Part shown: one piece after another, positions 49,684 through 59,024 of the stretch
How the letters are laid out: each line of letters begins with the position of its first letter
How positions within the stretch are numbered: the stretch's first letter is position 1
NCBI GenBank assembly: GCA_965197475.1
Contig: CBDANF010000002.1
Coordinates: 352,001-416,000, forward strand
Direction of reading: 5' to 3'
Length of the DNA stretch: 64,000 bases
Source: Candidatus Poribacteria bacterium
Lineage (GTDB): Bacteria; Poribacteria; WGA-4E; WGA-3G
Position numbers and translations under genes: made by a program
The notes under the pieces: generated by a model
Database searches by the model: none
What the model saw: only the letters and a program-made list of their open reading frames with translations
Told to the model about the DNA's origin: nothing

Positions 49684-51096
49684 TCAATCTTGCTCACGTT
49701 CTATTATATTGCTGTCTATATTGCTACATTTCAGATTAATATCGCCCCCAATGCAGCGGAGTGTTAGAAGGGGACCGCTATCGTCGATATGCCCTCGCAA
49801 TTGTCGCATTTGAAGCGTTCCCTGAACAACGGCGGTAACCGGAAACTCGGTTGTGATCTTGCCATTGCTACTTTTCGCATCAATTTTTACGCCAACTTCT
49901 GGGATAAGCCAAACTGAGATATTGCCGCCAGACGTATCTAAAACCGAGTCTGCCGGAAGTTGTCCCAAAATTTTGGCATTGATAGAACCTTCAGAGGCTT
50001 TTGCAGTGACAGCACCATCGTTTTCAAGTTCTATACTTCCATTATTGGTTCTAACTTCCGCATCACCTTTGCAGCTGCTAAGTTTAATATCACCCCAAGC
50101 GGTTTGTCCAGAGATTGCACCAAGTACATTGGTGTATAGAAGATGCCCTTTAGATGTCATCGTGTCAACTGCACCGGTGTTCTCGTTAATCTCAATGTTG
50201 CCTTGCGAAGTGCGAAGATAAACGTCTCCTTTACACCGAATCAGTTTGACATTCCCTTTGGATGTATGACCAATTACTGTGCCAGCGATGTTTTCAAACT
50301 GCAATTCGCCACTAATCGTATTGGCGTTAACTTTTCCATCTACATCAGCAACAGAAATATCGCCATTTTCGATTTTCATATTAACGTCGTAATGTTTCGG
50401 AACTGTGATTTCAAAATGTACGTCAAAACGGTTGGCAATTTTTTCCCAATATCTTTTGCTACCTTTGAATTTCGCGTCAATGTGAAGATTTTGATCTTGA
50501 TGGTCAAGACTCACATCAAAATCCTTGAGTATATCAACAGCTTGTTTGTCAGCTTTTAGTTGAGCAGATCGGCGGACGATCACATTGATAACATTGGTCT
50601 CTAATGTCTGTATATCAATGTGCCCGAGTTCTGATGTCAGAGTTAACTGGCCGCCTTCACTAACGTTGAATGACTCGTTAATATCGTTTAATGTACTCTC
50701 TGTAAGGAATTGCGGCATAGATTTACGAATCAGATCGCCTATTTCTCCATCCTTGAATTCTTCATTGATATCGTCAATAATTTTTTTGCCGAAAATATTA
50801 GTCACCATCCCTTTTAAATCGGACGATGTTCCTAATCCCTCACTGAGGTAAGCTGCAAGATGATTGCATGCAATACTTATTTCACTAAAGGCAGCATCCT
50901 CTTGTAATGAGTCGAAGAGCCCCTCAGGCACTGCTTCAATTTCACTCAGTCGTTCCAGGACCTTATTGAATTGAGAGACGCATCGGTTTTCTCCATTCTT
51001 ATATGTTTCTGTCAATATTGAATCTTCGGCCATTTCTGCTGTCTGCTCTAATATCTGAAAGAGTCCTCGAATTTCTTGTTGTCTTTCCTGTTCCAT
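49684..51096 (-). CDS. DUF4097 (adhesin-like beta-strand repeat) protein with helical N-terminus
   Basis: Repeated T..G.I beta motifs; FEITVPK; no signal peptide. Confidence 0.8.
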   Translation of the reverse strand: MEQERQQEIRGLFQILEQTAEMAEDSILTETYKNGENRCVSQFNKVLERLSEIEAVPEGLFDSLQEDAAFSEISIACNHLAAYLSEGLGTSSDLKGMVTNIFGKKIIDDINEEFKDGEIGDLIRKSMPQFLTESTLNDINESFNVSEGGQLTLTSELGHIDIQTLETNVINVIVRRSAQLKADKQAVDILKDFDVSLDHQDQNLHIDAKFKGSKRYWEKIANRFDVHFEITVPKHYDVNMKIENGDISVADVDGKVNANTISGELQFENIAGTVIGHTSKGNVKLIRCKGDVYLRTSQGNIEINENTGAVDTMTSKGHLLYTNVLGAISGQTAWGDIKLSSCKGDAEVRTNNGSIELENDGAVTAKASEGSINAKILGQLPADSVLDTSGGNISVWLIPEVGVKIDAKSSNGKITTEFPVTAVVQGTLQMRQLRGHIDDSGPLLTLRCIGGDINLKCSNIDSNIIEREQD

Positions 51097-51181
51097 GTGG
51101 GATACCTCATATTAAAAATCAAATTTGTCTTATTCCCAGTTCATGTTTTTCAGATTAGGTATACAAATGAAAACCATAGAC

Positions 51182-51766
51182 CTATAAAATTTCACCATAT
51201 CCACGTTTTTCTAAAAGTGATTTTAGCAATTCCTTTGCTTTGTGAAGTCGCCATTTCACCGTCGTTAAGGGGAGCGATAGAAATTCTGCAATACGTTTCT
51301 GCGGCATATCTGCCCAATAATAGAGTTTGACAACCTCCTGAAATTCAGAAGGTAATGAACTAATTGACTCTCTGATAGCTTCATGCGTAGATTCCTGTAC
51401 CAAAATTTGCGCTGGATCAGAAAAAGCAGGGTCAGCTTCCACTTGCAATTCAGCATCAACATCTTCATGAAGTTGAAATTTACTCGCTCGTTTCATAAAT
51501 CGCAGGGCACGATTGCGCGTAATTGAATAAAGCCACGCACCGAATCTATTCAAATTGTCAAGTTGGGGCAGTGCCTCAAAAGCGAGTAGAAAAGCGTCTT
51601 GGACAATATCTTCTGCCTCCGTAGGGTTTCGGACGATGTGTTGTGCCACGGTTAGCATTGCTCGCTGATACCGAAGGACCAATTCATCAAACGCTTTGAG
51701 ATTGCCTGCCAGCACCGCAATTATTAGTTCCGCATCGTCAGCGTCTTTCAATTCTTCTACGCTCAT
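51182..51766 (-). CDS. ECF RNA polymerase sigma factor
   Basis: AEDIVQDAFL, FGAWLYSITRN, TTVKWRLHKAK. Confidence 0.93.
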   Translation of the reverse strand: MSVEELKDADDAELIIAVLAGNLKAFDELVLRYQRAMLTVAQHIVRNPTEAEDIVQDAFLLAFEALPQLDNLNRFGAWLYSITRNRALRFMKRASKFQLHEDVDAELQVEADPAFSDPAQILVQESTHEAIRESISSLPSEFQEVVKLYYWADMPQKRIAEFLSLPLTTVKWRLHKAKELLKSLLEKRGYGEIL

Positions 51767-51896
51767 GAAACAATTTCTCCTTTTCCTATATATTAGAGAC
51801 ATTTTTGTGCGAAAAGGATAGTATTTTGAATATGTGCTACAAGCTGCGCTGTTCGATCGGATGAGAAAAATGAAGGGTTCATAGGAAACCCTGTAA

Positions 51897-51988
51897 TACC
51901 AAATTAACTTGATTCGATATCTTCAGATAAAGTCAGCAGGGCAAGGAGGACCCAGAGACCTTGCACTACAAATCACGTTAATTGGGTA
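51897..51988. mobile_element. MITE family D copy with different internal sequence
   Basis: taccaaattaacttgatt...gttaattgggta; flanks TAA/TTA; followed by REP ataaacatatcgctcctacggagc. Confidence 0.65.
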
Positions 51989-52063
51989 TTAGACGTTATA
52001 AACATATCGCTCCTACGGAGCTAAAGAGATCGTTTTACGATACGAGGTACTGCTTTCTCGGCA

Positions 52064-52537
52064 TTAAGTAGGTCTATAAAATGTTACGAGGCAGCCACCA
52101 ACTGCTGCAAGCAAAATGCCAAGAACAAATGGCCAACGGATAGCACCCCAACCACCTTCAGGCGGATGCGAAAGCGTTGCAACAAAAGCGTTCACAATTG
52201 GTGCCCCCGCAAAAACAATAGACATGACGACAGCAGGTCTACCTTCCGCACTGAAAGCGAGTAAAACGCCAAACGCACCGATTGCACCCACAACCCCTGC
52301 AAGGAAAGACCAAGTTACTCCATTTCCAGTAAACGACCATTCAGCACCGTTTGCGATGAGCATTAATATTGAGCCGATAACGGCTACCAAAAGATAGGCG
52401 AGACCGACAAAGAGAAATGCTTTGTAACGCTCATGCACAGCATCTGCCATAGACACTTGACCTTTATGAAGTAAAACTCCGTAGAGTCCCCAGCATGTTA
52501 CAGTCATGATAACAAATATAATCCACGTTTTGACCAT
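52064..52537 (-). CDS. Small DMT-like membrane protein
   Basis: CWGLYGVLLH, several TM helices, VMSIVFAGAPIVN. Confidence 0.75.
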   Translation of the reverse strand: MVKTWIIFVIMTVTCWGLYGVLLHKGQVSMADAVHERYKAFLFVGLAYLLVAVIGSILMLIANGAEWSFTGNGVTWSFLAGVVGAIGAFGVLLAFSAEGRPAVVMSIVFAGAPIVNAFVATLSHPPEGGWGAIRWPFVLGILLAAVGGCLVTFYRPT

Positions 52538-52664
52538 AATTTCTCCTCCGTTTTGAAATGCGTGATGTTGTTTCAGATATTCTTTGAAGATTCAGATTGA
52601 ATCGTACGACCTATTGTACATCAGCGCGCTTACAAAGTGAACCAAGTTAATTGGTTATAAGACC

Positions 52665-53954
52665 TTAAAGATATTTTTCGAATACTTTCATTAGTTGCTG
52701 CGCAATGATTTCGTCGTTGAATTTTTGATGGACATTAGTCTTTCCTACTGTACCTAATTGTTTTCGTTTTGAAGGATCTCTGTATAGTTGCAGTATTCCT
52801 TCAGCAATAGCTTCTGCCGATTCCGGTTCCACCAAAATACCACCTCCGGTTGCCTTAACCATTTCTGGAAATGATCCATGCTGCGGTTGAACGACCGGCA
52901 CCCCATTCGCAAGTGCTTCTAAGATAGATAACCCCTTTGATTCACGATAAACTGTGGGAACAGAGAAGACATGCAGACGGTTCAGAAAATCTATCTTTTG
53001 TGAACGCGTTACTTCGCCGTGGTGTACAAAGCTATCCTGTAAACCCCAAGCATGAATTTGATTAACCAACTCCTCAAAATACGGTTCATCTTTTTTTCCA
53101 AGATACCCTGCGACATGAAGTTCTACGTTATTTGTCCCTAACTCTTTTGTCAGTGTGTAGAATGCGCTAACCAAAATATGCAATCCTTTTTCGGGACAGA
53201 TGCGCGCCAAATAACCGATGATCAAAGGAGGATGACCTGGTTTTTCAATCAAATTTCCGTGCCCATCCAAGTTCAAACCGAGTGGTACAACATCAATCTT
53301 ATCAACGGAAACTTTTAGATATTCCGCTGCCATAAATTGTGCATAGTAGTTGCAGGGTGCGACAAACCCATCTGCGTCCGCAGCGCGTTCTGCCAGTAGG
53401 GTTAAAGCTTCAGTTTTGTAGGGATCGATCAAATCTCGTAGAAAGATGTCTTCACCTTGGAGTGCACAGACCACTGGCACCCCCACTGCGTTCTTAATTT
53501 CTCTTGCCATGCCGACAAGCATGGAATTAGTCAAATAGACGATATCTGGCTTGTTGTCTACCTGGAGCCATTTGACTAATTTCTCCAACTCTTTCTTTTG
53601 GTACCCATACTCACCACTAAGCATAGACACTGTTAACATACCTAAATCTCGCGCGTCAGTTGAAGCACTAAAGCGCGATAAACTGTTTAACAGTGCTGGA
53701 TTATCCAATATCCTATCTAATGCCCACGGGGTATGCCGAAAGAGCGATAGTTTTTGTTGGAGAAATACGTTAATGCCTCCATAAAAAACACGATTCAAGC
53801 TCACATTTTCTTCATCGGTTCGGGTCGGAGTATATGTTGGAATCAATGCGACGTTATGCCCTTGTTTCTTTAGCATCGTCGCGACAGTATTGTCGTGGAT
53901 GCAGGTGCCACAATACATTCCTGCAGCCCCCGCAGTGATATAAGCGACTTTCAT
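52665..53954 (-). CDS. Glycosyltransferase family 4
   Basis: ARICPEKG, ESKGLSILEALANGVPVV; N-terminal CGTC. Confidence 0.9.
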   Translation of the reverse strand: MKVAYITAGAAGMYCGTCIHDNTVATMLKKQGHNVALIPTYTPTRTDEENVSLNRVFYGGINVFLQQKLSLFRHTPWALDRILDNPALLNSLSRFSASTDARDLGMLTVSMLSGEYGYQKKELEKLVKWLQVDNKPDIVYLTNSMLVGMAREIKNAVGVPVVCALQGEDIFLRDLIDPYKTEALTLLAERAADADGFVAPCNYYAQFMAAEYLKVSVDKIDVVPLGLNLDGHGNLIEKPGHPPLIIGYLARICPEKGLHILVSAFYTLTKELGTNNVELHVAGYLGKKDEPYFEELVNQIHAWGLQDSFVHHGEVTRSQKIDFLNRLHVFSVPTVYRESKGLSILEALANGVPVVQPQHGSFPEMVKATGGGILVEPESAEAIAEGILQLYRDPSKRKQLGTVGKTNVHQKFNDEIIAQQLMKVFEKYL

Positions 53955-54010
53955 ATTTTAACTTTTCGCCAAGATTAATAAATATAAACTTGCAAATCTC
54001 CCCTAAGTTA

Positions 54011-55471
54011 TTAATTGGTGAAAAACTTTTCAATAATATCTGAAGATGGCGGTTTTGTGAACAGTGAAACGATTATCAAAGTCACAGAAGAAACAACAAT
54101 CAGAACAGCAACAGGCATAATTCCGGTTCCGCCAACGGTATACCCTGGTGTCTGCCAGTTCTGTAAAAAGAAATATAACCATAGGACAATAGTGCTGATG
54201 ATTGCGGCGAAAACACCAAGCTTTGTGCTACGTTTCCAGAACAGTGCAGCTACCACTATCGGAAAGAGTCCTGAAAAACCTGTGAAAGACCAAATTGCAA
54301 GCTTAAAAATACTGGATGTTGCAATCAGGGATATGATATAAGTTATGCTGAGAATGCCAATCACAAATAATCGTCCTATCCATACTTGTTGTTTTTCAGA
54401 CATCTGTTCTTGTCCTCGTTTTTTTAGGTAAGGTTGAACAATATCGTGCGTGAACATGCTGCCAAGAGAGAGCGATTGTGAATCAAGTGACGACATGATT
54501 GCAGCGAACACACCTGCCCCCAAAAATCCAGCTAACACACCTGGCGCGTGTGTATGAATCATCTGAATTAGCACTGTATTAGCTCCAGGACCCTTTAGAT
54601 CGGGAAAATTCACGTTACCTAATATTCCAAGCAGAACACTTGGAATCCACACAATTGCAATACAGAGAGGATAGAAAATTATCGGATAGCGGAACGTGCC
54701 AACATCTTTCGCAGTTAGGCAGTGTGAGAAGATATGCGGAAACATACCAACAGAGAGCGGAATGCAGGTGTATGTCAACAGCTCTAACGGCTTAATATGA
54801 TTACCCTGCATCAACAAACCTGTGTCAACTTTTGAAAGAGCATTGGAAAATCCACCCATCCGGTTCAAGATCACAAAAAAGGTGACACCACCAAGTGTCA
54901 TGAAAACGAGCGTTTGAAACGTGTTAACCCATGCGGTTCCGCGCATCCCGCTATAGGTCACATAGCATAAAACAACAGCACAAACCAGCAGTCCACCTAA
55001 CCACCGTGGAATTGTGTTCCCTGTTATTGTCGCCAACGTTCCACCGCCTCCCATTACGCCAATGAGTAGATACGGTATAAGTAGCAGCACAAGGACAATG
55101 AAAAGAAGTAGCCCCAAGCCATTCGATTCCCATCGGTCTCGGAAATATTGGCCCTGTGTCATATATCCGAATCTTTTTCCGAGTTGCCATAGCCGGGTGC
55201 CGATAAACAGAAGAACGCAAGGTACGACGATTGCGGAGGAAGATGCCATCAGTGCGAAAACACCGATGCCTCTGTGGTATGCTTCTCCGGAGGCACCAAG
55301 GATAGAAAACGCTGTCATGTTTGTGCCGAAAAGCGACATCAATAGCACAAACCAATTAATGGTACGGCTTGCCACAAAATAGTCTTCCCCAGTATTTCGG
55401 AAGAACTTATGACTCAAGATACCTATGCTTAGCACCAAAGCCATATAGATGAAAATGACTGTCAGGATCAT
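54011..55471 (-). CDS. Sodium:solute symporter
   Basis: EDYFVASR, SGMRGTAW, AAIMSSLDSQ; ATGA overlap with upstream small gene. Confidence 0.92.
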   Translation of the reverse strand: MILTVIFIYMALVLSIGILSHKFFRNTGEDYFVASRTINWFVLLMSLFGTNMTAFSILGASGEAYHRGIGVFALMASSSAIVVPCVLLFIGTRLWQLGKRFGYMTQGQYFRDRWESNGLGLLLFIVLVLLLIPYLLIGVMGGGGTLATITGNTIPRWLGGLLVCAVVLCYVTYSGMRGTAWVNTFQTLVFMTLGGVTFFVILNRMGGFSNALSKVDTGLLMQGNHIKPLELLTYTCIPLSVGMFPHIFSHCLTAKDVGTFRYPIIFYPLCIAIVWIPSVLLGILGNVNFPDLKGPGANTVLIQMIHTHAPGVLAGFLGAGVFAAIMSSLDSQSLSLGSMFTHDIVQPYLKKRGQEQMSEKQQVWIGRLFVIGILSITYIISLIATSSIFKLAIWSFTGFSGLFPIVVAALFWKRSTKLGVFAAIISTIVLWLYFFLQNWQTPGYTVGGTGIMPVAVLIVVSSVTLIIVSLFTKPPSSDIIEKFFTN

Positions 55472-55662
55472 TTCTCTCTCCATACAAATTTGACTAAGGA
55501 GAACATAAGCAGAGATGCAGCAAGGCAAAATGCTATGTGATAGAGTAATCCTGCGGGCAAACCTAATACAAGTTGCGGTGTTTCCCAGAACCAGAAATCG
55601 TTGTGAAGAATGAACAGTACCACCAGCAAACTATATAGAACCCACCTAAGCGTAGTTTTCAT
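55468..55662 (-). CDS. DUF3311-like small membrane partner of the symporter
   Basis: LHNDFWFW..P.LVLGLPAGLLYH. Confidence 0.8.
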   Translation of the reverse strand: MKTTLRWVLYSLLVVLFILHNDFWFWETPQLVLGLPAGLLYHIAFCLAASLLMFSLVKFVWREK

Positions 55663-57616
55663 GACTTATCCCTCTCTTTCGCCAATTATAGTAGAAAAGC
55701 GCGATACTTGCAAGCAGCATTATTCCATGTATCCAGATAAAGTTAACGTCAGTGGGTGTAAAAAAGAGTACCACTACCGCAATGAACATTGCACACCGTT
55801 CCCACAAATAGAGTCTCTTGAAGGCGTATCCTGCAATGCTTGCTGCAAAGATAACGGTACCAGCTAAAGTCAATGAGAGGTTAACGAGAACAACCCATAT
55901 TTTCGGGTTACCCCCCTCTGCGCTGAGCCAGAGAAGTTCCGGCCGTAGCACAAAGGCGTAAGGCAACAGAAAGCCAACGAGTGCAAACCGAAACGCAGCG
56001 ATCGCAGTTTGCATTATGCCTGCATTTGCAATTGCGGCAGCAGTATAAGCTGCAAGTGCCACAGGCGGTGTGACCATTGACATCATTCCAAAATAGAAGA
56101 TAAAAAAGTGCGCTGCAAGCGGCACTACTCCTAAATCAAGAAGGACAGGTCCGACCAAAATTGCCATCAACAAATAGCAGATGGAGGACGGAAGCCCCAT
56201 CCCCAATATAATCGTGGAAATCATGAGCATGAAAAGAGCTAAGATTAAATTAGTTTCGGCAAGAGGTAACAGGACCCGCGGTAATTTTGAACCGACACCT
56301 ATTAGGTCTACGACTCCCAAGACGATTCCGACACAAGCTGCCGCAGCTATCAGCGACACCCCGCTATGTGCGGCGTTTTCCATCGCTTTTAAAATTCCAG
56401 AAATTCCAACGCGTGTTTGCGAGTGAAATAAACTTACAACCAACACAACTAACAAACTCCAGCTCACTGCGCGAAATGGGGTAGAACCCGTCAATAGAAA
56501 CACTATCAATGTAAGAAATGCTGCAAAGAAAACTACGCCCTGCATCTTCGGAAGCTTTTCTACAGGCGGGTTTTCCTGAGCATCATTTTCTTCAGTTGTT
56601 CCAACTGCTTCGGGATCATGTGAGATTGTGTTGCTGATTCGCTTCGCATAAAAATGAACGATGCAAAGAAGTGCTGTATAGTAGAGAATGGCAGGCAGTA
56701 ATGCTGCTCTGATGATTTCCAGATAGGTGACAGATGGCTCAACGATTTCTAACATCATGTAAGCCGCCGCACCCATAATCGGTGGGACTAATGCTCCGCC
56801 TGAACTTGCTGCGGCTTCAATCCCTCCCGCGATTGCTGGTTTAAAACCTACACTCCGCATCAACGGAATCGTGAACGTTCCAGTTGTCGCAGTGTTCGCA
56901 ACTGCTGATCCTGACAGAGAACCCATCAGGCCGCTTCCAATCACTGCTACCTTCGCTGGACTTCCTGTACTTGTTCCGAAAATTCGTCTTGCCAAATTCA
57001 AAATGTAACCGGTAGCCCCTGTCCGCTCCAGAAAAGTTCCAAACAGGACAAAGAGAAATACATAGGTAAACATCACTCGGAGTGCGACACCAAATACTCC
57101 TGCTTGTAAAAAGGTTTGACTGATAATGCGTTTGATGGAATAGCCGCGATGTTGAAAAAACCATTCGGGCATTAACTGACCGAAACTTGCATAGAGAAGG
57201 AATACGGCAGCGAGAAGTGCAAGGGTTATACCAATAGCACGGCGTGTTGCCTCAAGAATTAAAACAAGCCCCAACCCGCCGATGAAGTAGTCCAAGATGT
57301 GTTCTGCTGAAGCACGTTCACCGAGAAATACGCCGTTCAACCAAAAGGTTTTAAAAATCGGTTCGGTTTGAATTACAACGTAGCCGAAACAGATAATTAC
57401 ACTGCCTACAAGCACAAAATCGAGAATCTGAAAGAATGTGTTATCTGCAAAGTGGGGATGAAGCGGATACTTCAGAAATACGACTATTAACCCCAACATC
57501 GCGAAGAGTGCTAATGCAGATTGGGGTTTTAACCACGGATAGTTGACTTCGGCTAAGATAAACAGGCTCAGCACTACCGCAACCGGAAGAATAAGGGTCT
57601 GTTGTATCTGTTTCAA
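55646..57616 (-). CDS. TRAP transporter fused permease (4TM/12TM)
   Basis: SGSAVAN, ASSGGALVPPIMGAAA, GMGLP, TPPVALAAY. Confidence 0.92.
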   Translation of the reverse strand: MKQIQQTLILPVAVVLSLFILAEVNYPWLKPQSALALFAMLGLIVVFLKYPLHPHFADNTFFQILDFVLVGSVIICFGYVVIQTEPIFKTFWLNGVFLGERASAEHILDYFIGGLGLVLILEATRRAIGITLALLAAVFLLYASFGQLMPEWFFQHRGYSIKRIISQTFLQAGVFGVALRVMFTYVFLFVLFGTFLERTGATGYILNLARRIFGTSTGSPAKVAVIGSGLMGSLSGSAVANTATTGTFTIPLMRSVGFKPAIAGGIEAAASSGGALVPPIMGAAAYMMLEIVEPSVTYLEIIRAALLPAILYYTALLCIVHFYAKRISNTISHDPEAVGTTEENDAQENPPVEKLPKMQGVVFFAAFLTLIVFLLTGSTPFRAVSWSLLVVLVVSLFHSQTRVGISGILKAMENAAHSGVSLIAAAACVGIVLGVVDLIGVGSKLPRVLLPLAETNLILALFMLMISTIILGMGLPSSICYLLMAILVGPVLLDLGVVPLAAHFFIFYFGMMSMVTPPVALAAYTAAAIANAGIMQTAIAAFRFALVGFLLPYAFVLRPELLWLSAEGGNPKIWVVLVNLSLTLAGTVIFAASIAGYAFKRLYLWERCAMFIAVVVLFFTPTDVNFIWIHGIMLLASIALFYYNWRKRGISHENYA

Positions 57617-57724
57617 AAGATTAAGCGAACCTGTCCTTTCGTTAAGCTGCGGTTAGGTTAAACCAAAACGCGCGTAGGGATGCCCTCTTGCGTCATCACG
57701 TTTTATTTCCTACACTTGTGTTTA

Positions 57725-57813
57725 TCCCGAATTACCCATAATTATTTTATTCTTCTGGGTATTAGGCACGCTTAGAAAGCGCGCCTACCGAGTGAAATCA
57801 AGTTAATTTGGTA
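57725..57813. mobile_element. MITE family D copy (degenerate left end)
   Basis: Aligns with 42873-42961 and ends gcgcgcctaccgagtgaaatcaagttaatttggta. Confidence 0.7.
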
Positions 57814-57868
57814 ATAATTTACGCAATGAGTAGTTTTGGACTTGATAAATTTGAGAAAAATTTTTCAC

Positions 57869-57897
57869 TTGACAAAATCCTGCCAGTATAGTATCCT
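57869..57897 (+). promoter_or_regulatory. Inward-facing sigma70 promoter in the IS left end
   Basis: TTGACA-17 bp-TATCCT. Confidence 0.6.
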
Positions 57898-57905
57898 ATT
57901 AACAT

Positions 57906-57984
57906 CACGAATTTTGGTAGAGAATGTTAGCCGCGTCGCAAGGCGCGGTCTCTACCTCAACCGCCTAACATCGGAAAATTCGTG
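57906..57984 (+). ncRNA. Candidate structured RNA with pseudoknot and GCAA tetraloop
   Basis: Four helices of 10, 8, 7 and 7 bp tile the segment; it begins just after the promoter. Confidence 0.65.
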
Positions 57985-58097
57985 TGTGTGAATTCGTGAA
58001 TCAATGCAACACATTTCATATATTTTATGGACTCACACAATGGAGTCTTTGCATCTAAAACCCCATTGTGCTGTGTCCTATGCCAAAGGAGTTTAGG

Positions 58098-58560
58098 ATG
58101 CACAAAAAAGTTGGACCTGGTGGCGTTATTCTTAATCCTGTAAGCACACCACCGTGGGAATCACCAATAGATGAGGTTATAATACCTCCAGCATTGTCAC
58201 GTCCAGATGAATTTAAAACCAACTGGAAACAATTGTCGTTTTCATTCAAAGGTAGAATAAACCGAAAAGACTTTTGGATATATTTCTTAGGTACTGGTTT
58301 ATTATACATAACTTTTTGGGGCATTTTTGATATATACAGTAGGTGAAATTGCGTATTACGCTTTTATGATACCAATTAGTATCGTGAAATTCTTCTGGTG
58401 TGATAACGCTGTTATCGTGAAACGATGCCATGATTTTGGTAGATCTGCTTGGTATCTTATCCTATTTTACATACCTCCGATTGGTATAGTCATTTGGTTT
58501 ATGCTTGCTTTCAGTAAAGGTGATCCCGAACCAAACAAGTATGGCAACCCACCTAAATAA
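58098..58560 (+). pseudogene. DUF805 (YhaH-like) membrane protein, frameshifted at T5 58324-58328
   Basis: FSFKGRINRKDFW in frame 1; VKRCHDFGRSAW...KGDPEPNKYG in frame 2; AAGGAG RBS. Confidence 0.82.
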
Positions 58561-58569
58561 CCCAACAAC

Positions 58570-58588
58570 GAGGGGACTCTGTCCCCTC
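58570..58588 (+). terminator. Hairpin after the DUF805 gene
   Basis: gaggggac-tct-gtcccctc; no clear U tract. Confidence 0.4.
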
Positions 58589-58609
58589 TAACCACAAAGG
58601 AGAAATCCG

Positions 58610-58861
58610 ATGAATAATTTAGTCCAAGAACAACAAGGACAACTTCAACGAAAAGAAGATATTCAGAAAGGAGTAGCAGAACTTTTAATTACTCCACTTC
58701 TGGATGACCTTGAAAAAGCATATAACGATTTTAAAAGTAAAGATTTAAAATCTATCCATCAACTAACACAGGCTTTGAGTATATTTGTGAAAAAGACAAA
58801 TGAAATTAATTCACAAGTTAGTTATGTGAATAGTGTTCTTAATTATCTTTCACAGAATTAA
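58610..58861 (+). CDS. 83-aa helical hypothetical passenger protein
   Basis: AAGGAG RBS, ATG, amphipathic helical composition. Confidence 0.6.
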   Translation: MNNLVQEQQGQLQRKEDIQKGVAELLITPLLDDLEKAYNDFKSKDLKSIHQLTQALSIFVKKTNEINSQVSYVNSVLNYLSQN

Positions 58862-59024
58862 CCTTTTGACACATTTCATCAATAAGATGAAGACCTTTGT
58901 TAAGTCTTTTTGTGTCACCGATATTCGTTCTTTTTACTAAATCAGTCATAGGACCGCGTAGGAATTGGATATGTTGTTCTTTACTGCGTGGTCCTTCTTT
59001 TCTTACTTCAATTTGTTCACTCAT
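58839..59024 (-). CDS. 61-aa hypothetical protein coupled to the transposase
   Basis: ATGA overlap with the transposase stop. Confidence 0.45.
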   Translation of the reverse strand: MSEQIEVRKEGPRSKEQHIQFLRGPMTDLVKRTNIGDTKRLNKGLHLIDEMCQKVNSVKDN

